Assembly: GCF_009914755.1 (NCBI RefSeq)
Contig: NC_060931.1
DNA length: 64,000 bases
Direction: 5' to 3' (one strand)
Source of the DNA: the human T2T-CHM13v2.0 reference genome, Homo sapiens
This document shows, piece by piece, positions 43,746 through 57,985 of the stretch. The notes below the pieces were generated by a model. It was not told the origin of the DNA, searched no databases, and saw only the letters and a program-made list of their open reading frames with translations. A program made the position numbers and the translations under genes. Numbering within the stretch: the first letter of the stretch is position 1; every line of letters begins with the position of its first letter.

Positions 43746-45787
43746 CTTGTGAAGCAATAGATCTAGCACCCAGATTGATCCCGTCTTCTTACAAACACAT
43801 CTTTAGGCTGTCCCCCTGTGTCTTCTTCAAAGTTGACACTGATATTCGTTTAAATTTTATTTCACCTGAATAAAAAAATATAGTGTGAGAATGATCTGCT
43901 GAGAGCCCAGCTCTCCTTAAAAAACTCTGCCTCAAAGATACTTTAAATTATATTCTTGATGAAATTTGTATTCTTCGTGGTGTATCAACCTCGGCAGCAA
44001 ATGACAACAAACCACAGCTGGTTACTGTTTGAACCCAAGGTTGTAAACCAAAGAGTGTGTGTGCATTTCTCCCCACCCTACCCCATACAACCTACTTCAT
44101 CCTCATGCATGTGTAGATAACAGGTCAACCAAGGCTAGAAATCATAATGGGTGTGAGTTCTGGTTCCAGAGTTATATCACCTCAATGATCTTATTCATTT
44201 CATTCCTCTACCCTTGCTTGAGTAAAGCTAATCATTTTCTCATCTTCCCCAGATCTCTTTGGGGTTCTAAACCAAGCTGAAAAGTAGACCACAGTTAATA
44301 CGCCCTCTTTCCCAGCCACCCAGTACATCTCCTGTCTTTAGCCAGGGAAGCACCTGTATGCCCCAATTCTGGCCAATCTTGGCTAAGGTGCCAACTCTAA
44401 CGATTCTAGAAGCTGTTGGTTAAGTGTGTTGCCTGATCAGGGATACTTCCTTACAATGAGGGAGTTATGAAGAAGCTATTGGATCAATAAGCTAATATTA
44501 TAGAATTACACTATCCAGTACTAGATCTGGAAGCAACCTTATAGGTACATATTCTAACTCCTTTTATAAGTGAATTAAGTGACCTCTCTGGTTGAGTGAT
44601 ATAAGATCTAGTCCAGGCTGTGCCACTAACTCCCAATTCATGTGTATTTCACCATACCATCTGCCTTTCCTCTAGAGTCTCCAAAGAACAAAGCTACAAT
44701 GAGGGAATAAAAAAGTAGAATTCACAATGTTAAGAAGGCAGTTCTCTCAAACCATACCACGTAACAGCAACTCCTCTGCCTAGCCATGGTGCCAACCCCA
44801 TCAATTTTCAATAAAACTTCACCTGTAATATTCAAGGAGTAGTGGAGTACGTGATAATGCACTAGATTTAAAGTTACCCAAGGGCTAATTTTTAAAAAAT
44901 CATTTTTCATATCCAATATTAAATTGGTTGTTAGTTCTTTTCTATATGTCTGTGATAACCTTTGTGCCCTGGTTAGCAGGGTCTAGAAAGAGCCATCCAT
45001 CTCAACAACAGTGGATTTAGACTTGCAGGAAACATACAGCTTGAGTGATTTGGCTGTATCTTTAATGATTCCTGAACATCTGCCAGAAAGAAGTTGCTCA
45101 TTTCAAGTAAGTCAGTGATTTAAACTTATTTTTCTGTTTTGTTTCTTTCTATTAAAAGTTTCTCCTAAAATTTTAATTTCATGAGAAATTCTGATTAGTT
45201 GGGAAGTAATTTTTTTTAGTTATAATACAAGTCAAAATTAATATTGACTTAAGGTATAAATTAAGTTTACTCTTGTAGTGCCTATGAAAGACTAAAATTA
45301 TGCTGTTCATAAAATGTCCCTACAGATAAGTTTCACTTAACTGGTTTTAGAAGATGCTTTTGGGCCTTTTTATTTGCCCTAAGCAGACATTTGGACTCCC
45401 TTAGGTGAAATATGCTCCAGCATTAGACTGCTTTATTTACTTTGAGTTTGTCTTCTCAATATGTGATTTTTAGAAACTTCAAAAGTACAATGTCTTTTAC
45501 ATTTATAAGTAAATAATTGAGGGACCAGCCTGCCTGGAGCAAAGGAATCAGAAAACAAGAAATCTCAGAATGACTGGTGACATGGAGTCTGTGCTTCACT
45601 GCAGTTGCTAGAAGTAAACCACAGATTGAGCTCTGAGCTTCCTAATAGCCATGGCAAGGAGGGAAAGCCATTGAGGTGCTATTCACAGTAGCCACTGATA
45701 AAAACAAAGCAGCCATTCACTAGCCATTTCCTGCTAGTGAAACATAAGGACAGTTTATCCCATGAGTTCTTTTAAGAAGGAATGAAG

Positions 45788-46093
45788 GGCTGGGCGCGGT
45801 GGCTTATGCCTGTAATCCCAGCACTTTGGGAGGCCGAGGCGGGTGGATCACAAGGTCAGGAGGTCGAGACCATCCTGGCTAACACGGTGAAACCCCGTCT
45901 CTACTAAAAATACAAAAAATTAGCCAGGGGTGGTGGCGGATGCCTGTAGTCTCAGCTACTTGGAGAGAGGCTGAGGCAGGAGAATGGCGTGAACCCAGGA
46001 GGCAGAGCTTGCAGTAAGCGGAGATAGCACCACTGCAGTATGGCCCAGGTGAAAGAGTGAGACTCCGTCTCAAAAAAAAAAAAAAAAAAAAAA
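45788..46093 (+). mobile_element. AluY
   Basis: Y diagnostics (gagaccatcctggctaacacgg, gaatggcgtgaaccc, gagcttgcag); A22 tail; TSD gaatgaag. Confidence 0.97.
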
Positions 46094-48074
46094 GAATGAA
46101 GAAGGCAGATGCAATGTGACAGAGATTTACTAGATGATGTGCTCGATAACACCCTTCAACTAGAAAAAAAAATTAGCTTCTCTTAGAATGTGCTATCGGC
46201 ATATATTGGCATACAGTAATTAAGTGTAATTGAGAAAAGGTAATTCTGAGAGGGAATAAAAGCACCAGATGGGAGATAAGGCATTCACTCTTACCTAAGT
46301 CCTACCTACCTTCAAGACCTGGATGAAACATCACTTCCTCCAAGGAGTCGTTGACAGACTTAGGCCACAGTGATCATTGCTGCTTCCAAACATCTATGGC
46401 ATTTGTTGACCAAGCTATTTATGTTATACTATAAGGAAGCGTTGACAAAAACGTGGCAGTTTTGGTATCTGGGCAACATTCCGCAGGGGCTAGGATTGTG
46501 TCATTTATTGTAGTAAATCCAATGTCTCATTCATTTCCTGTCACCCAGTAGGCCCTCAGGTTTGTTGCCATGGATGAGTTAACAGATGGCACTGACTCTT
46601 GGTGGCACTGGAGACTGCAGCCATCAGATGATGTTTCAAGAGACACTCCACTGTGATGACACATCCTGAAGACAGGGAAACTAATGTCCTTTGAGAAGTA
46701 CAAATGTCTATTTTTATTTCACGTAGTATTGGCTTGAAAAGATACAAATTCACTTAGGATGAAATAAAAGTGTTCTGTATTTGAACTTTATTTCAAATTA
46801 TTATTTCTTGGAGGTTTTTATTAGGCAACCAGTTCCTCCTGTCTTAGAAAGATGTAGGGACGGAGAAGTTCTAAAAATTCTGGGCCTATCCTTCAAGGTT
46901 CAGTCTCATAGTTTCTTCCTCAGGAAAACCTCCTCTGGCCATCCTAGCAGATAGACATGGCACTTCCATGTCTGTCCAATTCCCCCAAAACATGACCTAA
47001 GGCTCATCTGGAATAAGCAATCTTCTTCTGTGTAAATATTTTATAACTATAGCCTATTATAAACTATTTGTTTAGAAAAAAGACTGGAAAAGTACACACC
47101 AGAATGTAGGGTGTGTATTTTCCCTTCAAACTCATTTACCTTTGCAGCCCTCTTGAATAATGTCCTTCCAAGCCTTTTGAATAACTTTTATGTTGTTGAA
47201 TGTTTAAATCGTCTCCAATAGTGGTAATTTTTACAGTCTACAAACAACAAAAGGTAATTCAATGTCAAGAACAATTAATAAGATAGATATTCAGAGTGGT
47301 TGATATGGTGAGATGAGGTTTGGTTTCCAAAAAATGGTTGTTCTAAAAGGAAACCAATCATGTCTATGTATGTTATATGAATGTTGAGCTCTGTTTGGAG
47401 TTACCCCCATCATGAAGGTGCCCTCAACCATAGCAGTGTCACTAAAATAAATGACAAGGCAATTTTTTGGAAGGTAATATTGTCTCTGAATTAAAAAAAT
47501 GGAAAATCTTTATGCCTCTCTCTCTCTCTCTCTCTCCATCCAATGACACTAATGACTACTTCAGGATGTCTGAATATTGTACTTGCTTATATATGTTCAC
47601 TGCAACCACCATGGCAATGAAACATGACAGGTCCTATAGTGGAAATCATGGCGTGGTCCTCCAAGGTTAAATTGGAGGGAAACCCCACCATGAAATGCAG
47701 TGGCTAGATGCTAGATCTTCACTCCACTCCCCACTCACCAGCACTGCTTCTGGCTTTGGGATTGAGCTTCCTTCTGGGTGAAGCTCAGAAGAGCTCAAAC
47801 TTTTCTGAGCCAAGGTCAAGCTGGGAACCTTGTTACGCTATTTTATTTTTAAATATTCACTTCCCATTATGTCTGAGTCTTCAGCCACATCTTGTTTATC
47901 TGGTGAACGAGTAAATAACACACAGTTTCTATGTCAGTTTCATTCATCCCATGTTTTATTGAGCACCTGCTGTAAGCCAGGCATTCACCTGGTGATCACT
48001 TAAGGCCCATCTCCTTGCTTCCAGCTTGCTTCCCTATAATAGAGGATTTTTTTATTCTCTTTGAGTATGAGTGC

Positions 48075-48078
<4 letters not shown>

Positions 48079-48116
<38 letters not shown>
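48079..48116. repeat. (CA)19 microsatellite
   Basis: Directly visible. Confidence 0.99.
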
Positions 48117-48119
<3 letters not shown>

Positions 48120-50177
48120 GTTTTGTATTCAAACTGAGAATGCTCATTTATACACAGCTCTCCTCTTAAGCACACAAAAATTAAGGCATCCAACAATCAG
48201 ATAAGGCAAATGCATTTATCAAGCATCCAGCGACAAAAAGCTCCTAGACGTCTACTACATGCAGCACTGCTGTTCGGGTGCTGGGGTTATAGCAGGCTAC
48301 AAGGGAGGCAGGTCTGCGTTCATGCCACCTACATTTTAATAAGAGGAGAAAAGAATAGAGAAGCACTGGGCAGCTGCTGAGGAGTGCTAAGGAGAAAAAT
48401 CAAGGGAGGAACAAAGAGTGATGAGGAGTGTTGATTTCAGAAGTGAGATCATGGAAGGTCGCCCTGTTGAAGGGACATGTGAAAGAGAACCTGAAGAAAG
48501 GTCCAGCACCATCACGATGTCTCCACGAAGGTGACAGTGTCTTGTCTAGGTCTGCCTTGCCACCGAGTCACCGACTGTGAGAATTGGAAGGAATATCAGC
48601 ATCCTTCATTTAACAGTTAGGAAAATAAGACCAAAAAGAGGTTACAGTCCAAGTTCAGCTTCACAAAGACGTATCTCTAGATAGAAGGGAAAAAAAGGAG
48701 AGCAAGAAAATGTTAAAAGTTGACTATGCTTAGAAACTGCCAAAAATATTTAACAAAATGTGCCAGAACTAGCTGAAAAATAAGTTCCTGAATATTCAAT
48801 CAAATATTCTATATTTAATTTCATGGTATAAGAATGCAGTAATCGAATAAATCCTTGCTCTTCTCAGCAACCACTTACATTGTTTTATAAAGTTGATCCA
48901 CATCCTATCTTTAGGTTGTAGAAAAGGATGCTGGGGGAGCTGTCATCCCAGACCCTTAAATGTAGTTAATCCCCTGGTACCAAGCAAAGCTCAGAATCTT
49001 CAGGACATCTGCCTCTACTACCTTATGCTAGACCTTAGTATCTAGGGAGAATGACAGCAACATCGTGGTCATGGTTCTGAGGAAAGCAGTGGAATGCACA
49101 TCAGAGGAAACCAACTAAACACTCACCTGTAATGAGATGGGAAGTGATTACACTATTTTTCTTCATGGTATTTATAGTTTTAAGGAACAGCTCCCTGTAA
49201 GTGACATCTACCCACTGCCCTTTATCCTCCTATTAAAGCTTTTGTAACAGATGGTGTTTATAGAATTGGCTACTCTGACTGTTAGCACTGTGAAGACATG
49301 AGTCTATGAAGAATGTACCCCAATTTTCATTACACCCCAGACTAAAGTGCTAAGTAGTGATCTTTTGAATGAATGGAATCCCATTGATAGAGAGTCAATT
49401 ATGCCTTTGCATTAACACACATCATCTTTTGTTCATTAACTCAGAAACTAGAGTGAGCTGGCAGCCTGAGAGCCAAAGAGCTTCTGTGAGACTCTCAAGT
49501 GAGTTAACGTGGCTGGCCGATGACTGATTCCTTCCAGGTGAAGCGCTAAGCCCCATCATGCCCCTGTTCAGCTATGGCAGGGTTCCAAGTGGGCAGCCCA
49601 GCTCTCCTCTGGGAGGAGCATTGGGCACCACTTGAGTTGAGTTTGTCCAGGACCTGAGCTGTATTGTTCTGTGATGTGGGACAATCTTCTCGAGCAGTAT
49701 CAATGCTTCTGAGTCACAAGGGTCAAAAGAGAGTTATTTCCCTGGGGCTACAACTTTCTGAGTTTGCACAACTTCCAGATGCAGAATTAATTTCCTGAGG
49801 TCATCTGCAGCATGGTGCAGATAGGTCACTTACCCTGCAAGCAGTATGGAAACCTGATATCTAGAATTGTTGACTATTCTGTGAAACTTGTTTCTCATAT
49901 CTTATTTCTTCACAATATCTTGCCCCATCACATCTTCAAGGCTTTGTTTGACCTTATGGGCACTGAGTAACTTTTTCCTTTTCTGAATGCATTTGGCGTT
50001 TACTGTTGAAATCTATGGCTTCTTTAGTGAGTACTTGCCGAGTGCTCACTGTGTTCCTTTGAATGGAGGTAGAGTCCTATGAAGGATAAGTCCTTAAGGC
50101 AGGGGCTATTTTTATAGTTTAGTATCTATCTTTAACTTCAGTTTGGCTGGAGAACTAAGATACATTAAAAGAAACTT

Positions 50178-50490
50178 GGCAGTGGGGGGTGGCTCACGCC
50201 TATAATCCCAGCATTTTGGGAGACCAAGGCAAGTGGATCGCCTGAGCTCAAGAGTTTGAGACTAGCCTGGGCAACATGGTGAGATGCTGTCTCTATTAAA
50301 AATATAAAAATTAGCTGGGCATGGTGGTATGTGCCTGTTGTCCCAGCTAATTTGGAGGGTGAGGTGGTAGGATTGCTTGAGCCCGGGGAGGGGGAGGTTA
50401 CAGTGAGCCAAGATCGCACCACTGCACTCCAGCCTGGGTGACAAAGTGAGACCCCCATCTCAAAGAAAGAAAGAAAGAAAGAAAAAAAAA
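50178..50490 (+). mobile_element. Alu (AluJ-like)
   Basis: Diverged dimer, gattgcttgagccc, (AAAG)n tail; TSD approximately aaaa(g/a)aaact. Confidence 0.93.
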
Positions 50491-53400
50491 ACTCAAGCTC
50501 CTCAAAGGTGGAAAATTTATATATAAGATAGCTGGAAAAATAAGACTAAGTAAATTTGCTTTGTAATGTTTACAATACCGTATGTGTTTAGTGTCTGGAT
50601 GAAGAATGAATAGGTTCCGGGCATGATAATATTTTCTTTGAGCACAAATATGTTTTATGATTGTCAGAACCAGTGTGGAAAATTACTAAAGAAACTAAAT
50701 ATTCTTTTGCAAATGCACAGTATTTTGACATTTTCATTTCAAATCAAGATGCTGGAATAAGGATTCCCCCAAAACCTGTAAAACTCAGCGCAGATCCCAG
50801 CAATAGATGGGGTTGTGTGTCCTTGCTAGCTCATTGCGGATTGGGGGCCAGCTGCACTGAGGATGGCCTTAGCTCCCTGTCTGCTGAGAGCAGGATGAAA
50901 TCAATGACTGACTGATGTCTCCTAAGTGCCTGATATATGGTTGCTGATGCAGAGAGGTTCTGGTGACAGCCCACACTGAGGGATGCTTATGGAGGGCCCA
51001 AGTAGGCGAGAGAATGCACCCTGCGTATGTATGTGGAAGCCAAGGATCCAGCTGGCAAGTTGGCACCAGCCAGGCTGAGTACAGAGGTTCCAGTCTCTAC
51101 ATCAGAAGAGCCGAGTTTCCTGACCTAGAGAAGTTATTTTGGCTTTCAAGTTTTCATCTTTAATAAGAAGGGTTTGGAATAAAAGAAGGAATACTGACAA
51201 TAGCTGACGTTTCCTGGATACTTATGGGTGCCAGCTGCTCTTCTTCGCGTATTCATCTGTGCAATCCAAACAGCACTCTATGACTAGAGGCCACTGCGAC
51301 CTCTCTTTTCTAGGCATAAACCTGAGTCCCTGGCCCAGGGTCACAGCTGGCAGGCTGGGCACTGACGGACTCCAGGCTTTAAGTCACATTGCTACACTGT
51401 ACTCAGGGTATCTGCCGCCCGGGCCCAGACCCAGAGATCCACCCTAAGGGCGAGGATAAGGAGACAGAGGACAGGCAGATGACAAGGTGGGGGCAGTTCT
51501 CATGAAGGGTTTCCTTCTTGGACACTGATTTCTTCCCAGGATGCCTGAGGATGCTGACCAGCTCCTTCCATCCCTGTCCTCCTCACCTCTTTCCACATCC
51601 CCTGCAGATCAGCCCAGCAGTGAGGCACAGCCTAGGGTCGGATGTCCCATAGATCATCATGGAAGCTCAGAAGCAATCCGTTCTTCATTTTAGAGGCTCC
51701 TCTCCGTCAAGATTCTGGAAACACAGGAGAACACTGTGACCTTTCTCAGAGGATGTTTTCCTAACATGCCTGGGAGGAAGACTTGAATGGTGGTGTGAAA
51801 ATGTCTTTTCATGCCCTAATCAATAGCCCATCAATTATGTATGTACTTATGTATGTAAACCCTGTTACCATCCTGTGGAGAGGATAGGACTTGGTGATGT
51901 CCAACTATTGAGCTCTTTCTTCAAAGTCTTAAAGGAAGTTCAGTACATAAAACCATGGCAGCGGGTTGGCTCTGGCAGAGTGGAGTCAGTCAGACATCTG
52001 GAGCGCTGTCCTCACTCTGCCTCCCCACCCTCGGGCATGCTTGTTGGAACTGACAGCTCCACTGCTGGCAGTTTATAAATCTTTCCAGTGTTTTCATTGA
52101 GGGTTGTCAAAATGTTAAGGCGTATTAGGCCATCATGGAGCAAGGTAACCTCCAAGGCCTTTACCTCTTCTAAATAATGCTTTATTCTCTTTTCTTCTGG
52201 TCATGAAGATACAGTTGGAAATTCCTACAGATTGGCTTTGCTTGAAAGGCTATTGTAGACCATTAATGGGCGAAATCCCTGTATTTGAAATTGTAAGATG
52301 CAATGAGGGAAGGCAATCCACGTGATTTCCTTGTGTTCCCCTAGTGGAGTGAAAACAGATACTGACGATTGTTTCCTCATTCCTGGTGGCATCTTGAGAT
52401 GGTTTGGTAACATCCAAGCTGTGCAGATGTTACCACGGAGCATGGAGGCTTTTCTGAACTCCTACAGGTTTCATTGTCTGTGCCACTTTTTGGTACTTAC
52501 CATTTACGTATTTGAACTGTGTATTGTTTCACAGGTGTGTGTTTTCCAAGTTGCCACTCTACCAACCCTTTTTGTATATTCCTGAGTTCAAAAAGCACTT
52601 TAAGGAAACAAACTGACAAAAACATGCAGTTTAAGAGGAGGAAACAGGAAGATGGCTCACATGTAGCTTGAGTGAACAATCACATTTAGCACAGTGCAGG
52701 CTTTCAGTCTCTTCATGTCATGCGTATTTTTGTATCCTACAGACAATGAGCCTTGACTGCTTTTTTAGGCCTCTTACCAGCTTCCTCCTCTGAAGTGTAG
52801 TAAGTAGCTTCCTATATAATATAATTTGTAGATGACTAAAAGCAAGGCCTGATCCCACATATCTCTTTTATAGACCTGCTACATTGCCAGAAAGGTCTTC
52901 ATTGCTCAACCTTACACCCCTCAAGGATAAAAGCTTTCTCAACCACAAGAATTCCTGCAGAATTTGGCTATGTCTCATTCATTATTGTACGGGGTCAGTC
53001 GCTGGCCCAATATCTAGGCTATAGTAGGTATCTCTAAACTATTGGGAAACCTGTAGTCATTTGGTGGCTTATTTTTCAGTGAGTGCAGATAGGAGATGGA
53101 ATATGGGTGGATCTAGATGGATAGAGTTGGATCACAAAGTGAAAACCATCACTTGGTGGGACCATGTTGGGGAGGATCCTGAGGATGCTGAGGTCAGTCC
53201 ATGACGTCTGTGACAGGCACATGAGGGAGGGGCCATGTCATATGTGTCTCAATTTGCCATCTCTGCTTAGAGCCTGAGTGACTGCTTGAGAAGGTAGGCC
53301 CAAGCCCAGAGGACAGAGCATATGAGGGTGGATTTGACTGAGAGAGTTGGTAACACACTTTCTAAGTGAGAAATACGGATGACAGGAACACCCTGCCTCT

Positions 53401-54013
53401 GCCTGTGGCCCAGCTCTGCTTGAGTCTGTCACTGTCTCCTTTCCTGGAAATGTCAGTGTCGCTTCCCTCATGCGTTTTGGAGCCTTGAGTTCAGGCTAAA
53501 ACAGGGCCTTTTGAGGGGAGGAGAAAAAAGGAAAGAGGGCAAAAGGATGAAGTGTGATTTCTTAAACAGGTTTTTAAGAAAGGAGAAAAGGGCCTTGCTT
53601 AATTTTGAGACTTCCAAAAGGTTAGGCTACATGTAAAGGGAAAGGTGAGGTTGATGCTGGTTTTACAAGAACTGCTTTGCTCAGTTCTACTTGGTTCTTA
53701 TCAACGTCGGTGACCCGCAGAACTCCTTACGAAGCAGTCTAGTGGCTACAGGATAGCATCCAAAGTGACTGCTTAGAGTTTATGAATCTTCACTAATGTG
53801 TGTGTCCCAGATAACAGGATGGAAGGAAAAAAAATGAAACCTGTGTAGACACTGAGTATGTTAGTTTGGAACAGTGAGGAAAGCTTTAAGAGAGAAATCA
53901 GTATTATATCAGTTTAGCCAGGCTCACAATCAATAGTCATTTGATAAAAGCTGAGCGTGTGTGACACTCTCCTAACACAGAGTCCTGTGATTCTTTGGGG
54001 ATGTCTTTGCTGG

Positions 54014-54518
54014 TGTATCAGATAGCTATTGCTATGCAAGCACCCCAAGACTTAGTGGGCTTAAGACAGCATCATGTTATGAAAATCATGCATTTTCATC
54101 TTTAATAAGAAGGGTTTGGAATAAAAGAAGGAATACTGACTATTCCTTCTGAATATTGGATGATCTGGGGTGTGCCTCACTGTGTGTCAGCTCACTGGCT
54201 TGCTTGCTTCTGCCTGGGCAGTGGCCTTGCCAGGGGCATCTTTTCTGAGCAGGGCTGCTCCATGCATCTCTCCTTCTCTGCCTCCTGGGACTGGGAGGCA
54301 TGGTCCTTGCATGGCCATGACAAGCGCATGCAAGCTCTCCTGAGACTTAAGCTCAGAACAGGCCCTGGAACTTCCCCCTCATTTCTGTGGCTCCAAGGAA
54401 GCCCCATGGCCAAAGAATGGGGAAATAGGCTCTATCCCTTTTGCAGAAGTAACTGCAATGTACACAGACTGTAAGTAAAGGGAACCATGAAGAATTGAGG
54501 CCGTTAGTGCAATTAACA
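54014..54518 (-). mobile_element. MLT1 (MLT1G/H-like) LTR containing a 48-bp templated insertion
   Basis: tgtatcagatagctattgct...caccccaagacttagtgggcttaa...gaatggggaaataggctctatcc...gaagaattgaggcc. Confidence 0.7.
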
Positions 54519-57059
54519 TGCTTAGATTACTCTTAAGCTCTTATTGTTGCTATTAGTGATCTCTCTGGACCCTGGAAATGTCCAGCAAGCCTTTAGGATG
54601 GTAGCTGTAGTAGAAGCATGAGTGGATAGTCATGACCTGCTTTTATCCTCACTGTCAATGTTTTTCTTTCCATACATTGTTGAGGTTAAGTTTGCTGAAT
54701 GGTAAAGAAGTATAATTTTTGAAATTGTTTTCTGTCGTCAGTTAGTAAATCAATCAACATTTACTGCACAGCTACTGGAGGAGCAGCACCTGCTACTTCC
54801 TGGGTTCATGGAGCCATAGGGGTGAGGAGGGTGACATTTACTGAGTAATCACTTCGTGTCAGGAACTGTGCCAAGAACCTCGTAAACTCCAGATTAATTG
54901 AGATAGACATTTTGGTGGGGAGATATCTATGCATTGTTTTATTGTTAGATCAGGCATAATATATCCAAAGTGTAAAGTCTTTGGAAACTCTCGATGAAGG
55001 AAAGGGATTCAGTTTCCAAGGTGTGGGCTAGAATGCAGAAAATAAAAATGTGTAAGTGAAGGTTTTCTGTGGCTTTGGTAATGGCTGTGTTTTTGATATA
55101 TAGTAAACAATGATAAATCGTTGTTCTTTTAACTCTGAATTTTTTTTAAAAGAATGTCACTGTGCACGGTTTGAAGCTGCAAAGATTGCCTTCGAGAGGG
55201 AGGAGTCATTTCTCCACGTCCCTATAACATTATGTGGAATGTTGTCTGTCAGCTTTGGACTGTAGTTTATATGTCAGTGACTGTAGTTTATATGGAGTAT
55301 TTTGTTTAACTTTTCATTTGTTCCCAATGTTACAATTTTGCTTTCTCATAGATATGCATATGGAACCAATGCACTAATAAGGTTCATTTCTCCTAATATA
55401 TGCTGTCTGTACATTTGTCGCCTATAATAGTTGTTAATGGTTTTAAAGAGGGTCATGATAGTCCGTTATGTCAAAAGATGCCATTGCCTTCTGTCTTTTT
55501 CTGTGCATTCCTGGTTTTGAAAATGAGGGTACAATCAGACCTGAAAAAAAAAAGCATATGACTTTGTTTCATGACCTACAAAAAGTAATGGTAAGCAAGA
55601 TGCAAATTCTTATTCTCCAAGGGTATATACACTGTCAAACAATTGAAAGAAGCCAAGACTATCTGAAAAGGCCTATTTTTCAGATTTCATCTTGGAGACC
55701 TTTCATCATAGTTCCTACCCCAAGAAAATAACTAATTTGCTCTAGCCTTATGGAATAGCCTGGAATGGCTGCCTGGGCCATCTGAGAAGTTGGCTGGTCC
55801 TATCCAGGGCTTCCCCAGTTGGCCTGGCTTTGCTCAGGGGCCGGGGGCTGAACTTTAGCAGGTTCCACTAGTGCTGTTGGGAGCTCCACAGAGAAAGGTC
55901 GAACGCTTGGTGGTTTGTCCTTGTGGTCAGACCCCGGGATTTGACTTTTAAGAATACTCTGAAAATGAAAATGGATTTCCTGGGAAGGAAGTATGTGAAG
56001 TCATTAACATTAATTAATAGCTTATCGAAAAATTAGGCTTTCAGGCTGGAAGAAAGTAGGCAGGCCTGAAGAAGGGAGCTCAGGAAGGAGAGCTGGAGGG
56101 ACCACAGCAGGGAGCTGGCCCAGAGGCAGGTGACGTCGCCCAGGAGGCTGGACCTCGGGGATTGTGGTTCTGTCAAGAAAGGATGGTTGCTGGTGGGGGC
56201 TGGGGGGCTGTGGGGGCTGGGGGTGCTGGAGCAGGGAGGTGTGACCCACCCCAGGGAATAGGAGGAGAGAAGTGGGTAGGGTTTTCTTGGACTCTCACTT
56301 CACCTTCCCGTTGGACGAGCTGCAAGCATGAGCTTCTAAGCTTTGCATCCCAGAGTGTTGGCGGCTATGGAGATCCTGCGGGCCTCACTGCCGCCATTCC
56401 CCATGGCCACTCAGCCAGCACTACCTAGGCACTGAGCTCCGTGAGGGACTTTTTTCCTGCTCACCTTATCTCAATGGGGTCAGGCAGGCTGAAGCTTCTG
56501 GAGTCTTGGTGAGGCTGTTGCTGGATTGAATATGAGCAGCTGCAGGGCTGGAGGAACCCAAATCTCAGTGGAGCCTGTTCATTGAAGACCTTACTGATAG
56601 GTTAGTGCCAAGGGGTGCTGACAGGTACAGTTATGGGGAACTGGCACATACGAGGTAGCAGCATCTGCCCTGACCTTGGCCCTATAATCATCCGTGGCAT
56701 TGTTGAGAACAGATAAACAGTAACCAACAGTGGGCTCACATCACAGATGTTTTCCCTTGGTGCTTGGTGGGCCCCAAGATGTTGGGGTTCAAGGTTTTTA
56801 TTATGTCTAGGGAGGGCCAGAATCAGTCCTATCTGCTCGCATTGAGATGGCCTTTGTTCAAGCAAGAGGTGAAATTAAGTGTCCAGAGGCAGAAATAGAT
56901 TTCACTCTGGGTTCTGTTATCCATGGTTCTTTGTAGATTCTTTCTGAATGTCCACAGGTGTGCTCAACTGCTAAATTCAGCTGCCTTTGAAATCACAAAA
57001 AGGGCTCAACAAGTGGAGGTCTCTTCCACCAGCAAAGCAAAGGATTGTGTAATTCGATC

Positions 57060-57295
57060 ACTAGGGTAGGCTCTGAGGCTGCGTGGCCCGAGTTGAAAGC
57101 TGAGCTCTGCACGGACAGCTGGTGGGTCTCTGCCTAAGTTATTTTACCTATCTGTGCTCTGCTTCCTCTCCTCACCAGAAAACCGAGGCTATGGTTGTAT
57201 TTGCATCATAAGGTTACCAGGAAAATGCAATAAGCTAATGTACAGGGAGCACTTAAAAGACTATCTGCACGCAGGAAGCCCTCGATAACTAATTG
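57060..57295 (+). mobile_element. MIR
   Basis: aagttattttacctatctgtgctctgcttcctc...gcacttaaaagactatctgcacgcaggaagccctcgataa. Confidence 0.65.
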
Positions 57296-57832
57296 TTTGC
57301 TGTAATTATTAATGGTCACCCCACATATAGGTGAGGAAATCTTGAATTGCCCTGGTTGGTGCTGCTGGGTATTTGGCTCAGGTAAGAGTGGTATAGCAGC
57401 TTGGCTTTTTTTAGATGAGAAGCTACCTCCCCCTGAAAGGGGGCTGAGTTTTTGTCTCCTACAGCTGCTCCCCTGAGAAGATATTCAGCTCTTCCCAAAC
57501 TACTGGTTGTTTAGAAGGTGGCTGTGTACAGAGCCTGGTCATGCTATGGGTCACAGAGACACAGGGCCACTGCCTGCACCCACCTGGACAGCACCCTTCT
57601 GTGTGACTTCCATGGGGAGGACTGTGAGTGGTGCCCCAGTGTTGGGATAGGGACCAGATGACTGCAGAGGAAACACCATTAACATTTGTCTATTCAGCAA
57701 ACACTTTACTCTCACATGAATGTCGATGTATCTTTGGGCTTCTTATAAAAGAATCCCACATTCACTCAACGTCTGTGAGTATAGACATTGTTATTTGTTC
57801 CTTTCACTTTTTAAAGTGAATTAATTTGTACA

Positions 57833-57985
57833 ATAGTGGTTTTCAAAGTTTGTTGTTCTTGAAAAATCACCGATCAAGCATTAAAAATGCACACACTGGG
57901 GTCTCACCCCTGAGAAGCTGCTCTGCTTGGTCATTCAGGAAAACTCAGGTACCTACATTTTAAAAAAAATTCTCAGATGAGCTGC
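57833..57985. mobile_element. MER5-like hAT element fragment
   Basis: tagtggttttcaaagttt...ttaaaaatgcacacactgggg...cattttaaaaaaaattctcagatga. Confidence 0.55.

Noticed and set aside
45716-45741. Isolated 9-10-bp hairpins (here, 21384-21412, 9889-9909)
   Set aside because: A few stems of this size are expected by chance in 64 kb.
53737-53752. gtctagtggcta resembling a tRNA-Glu A-box
   Set aside because: Only about 12 nt, with no cloverleaf, B-box or TSD.
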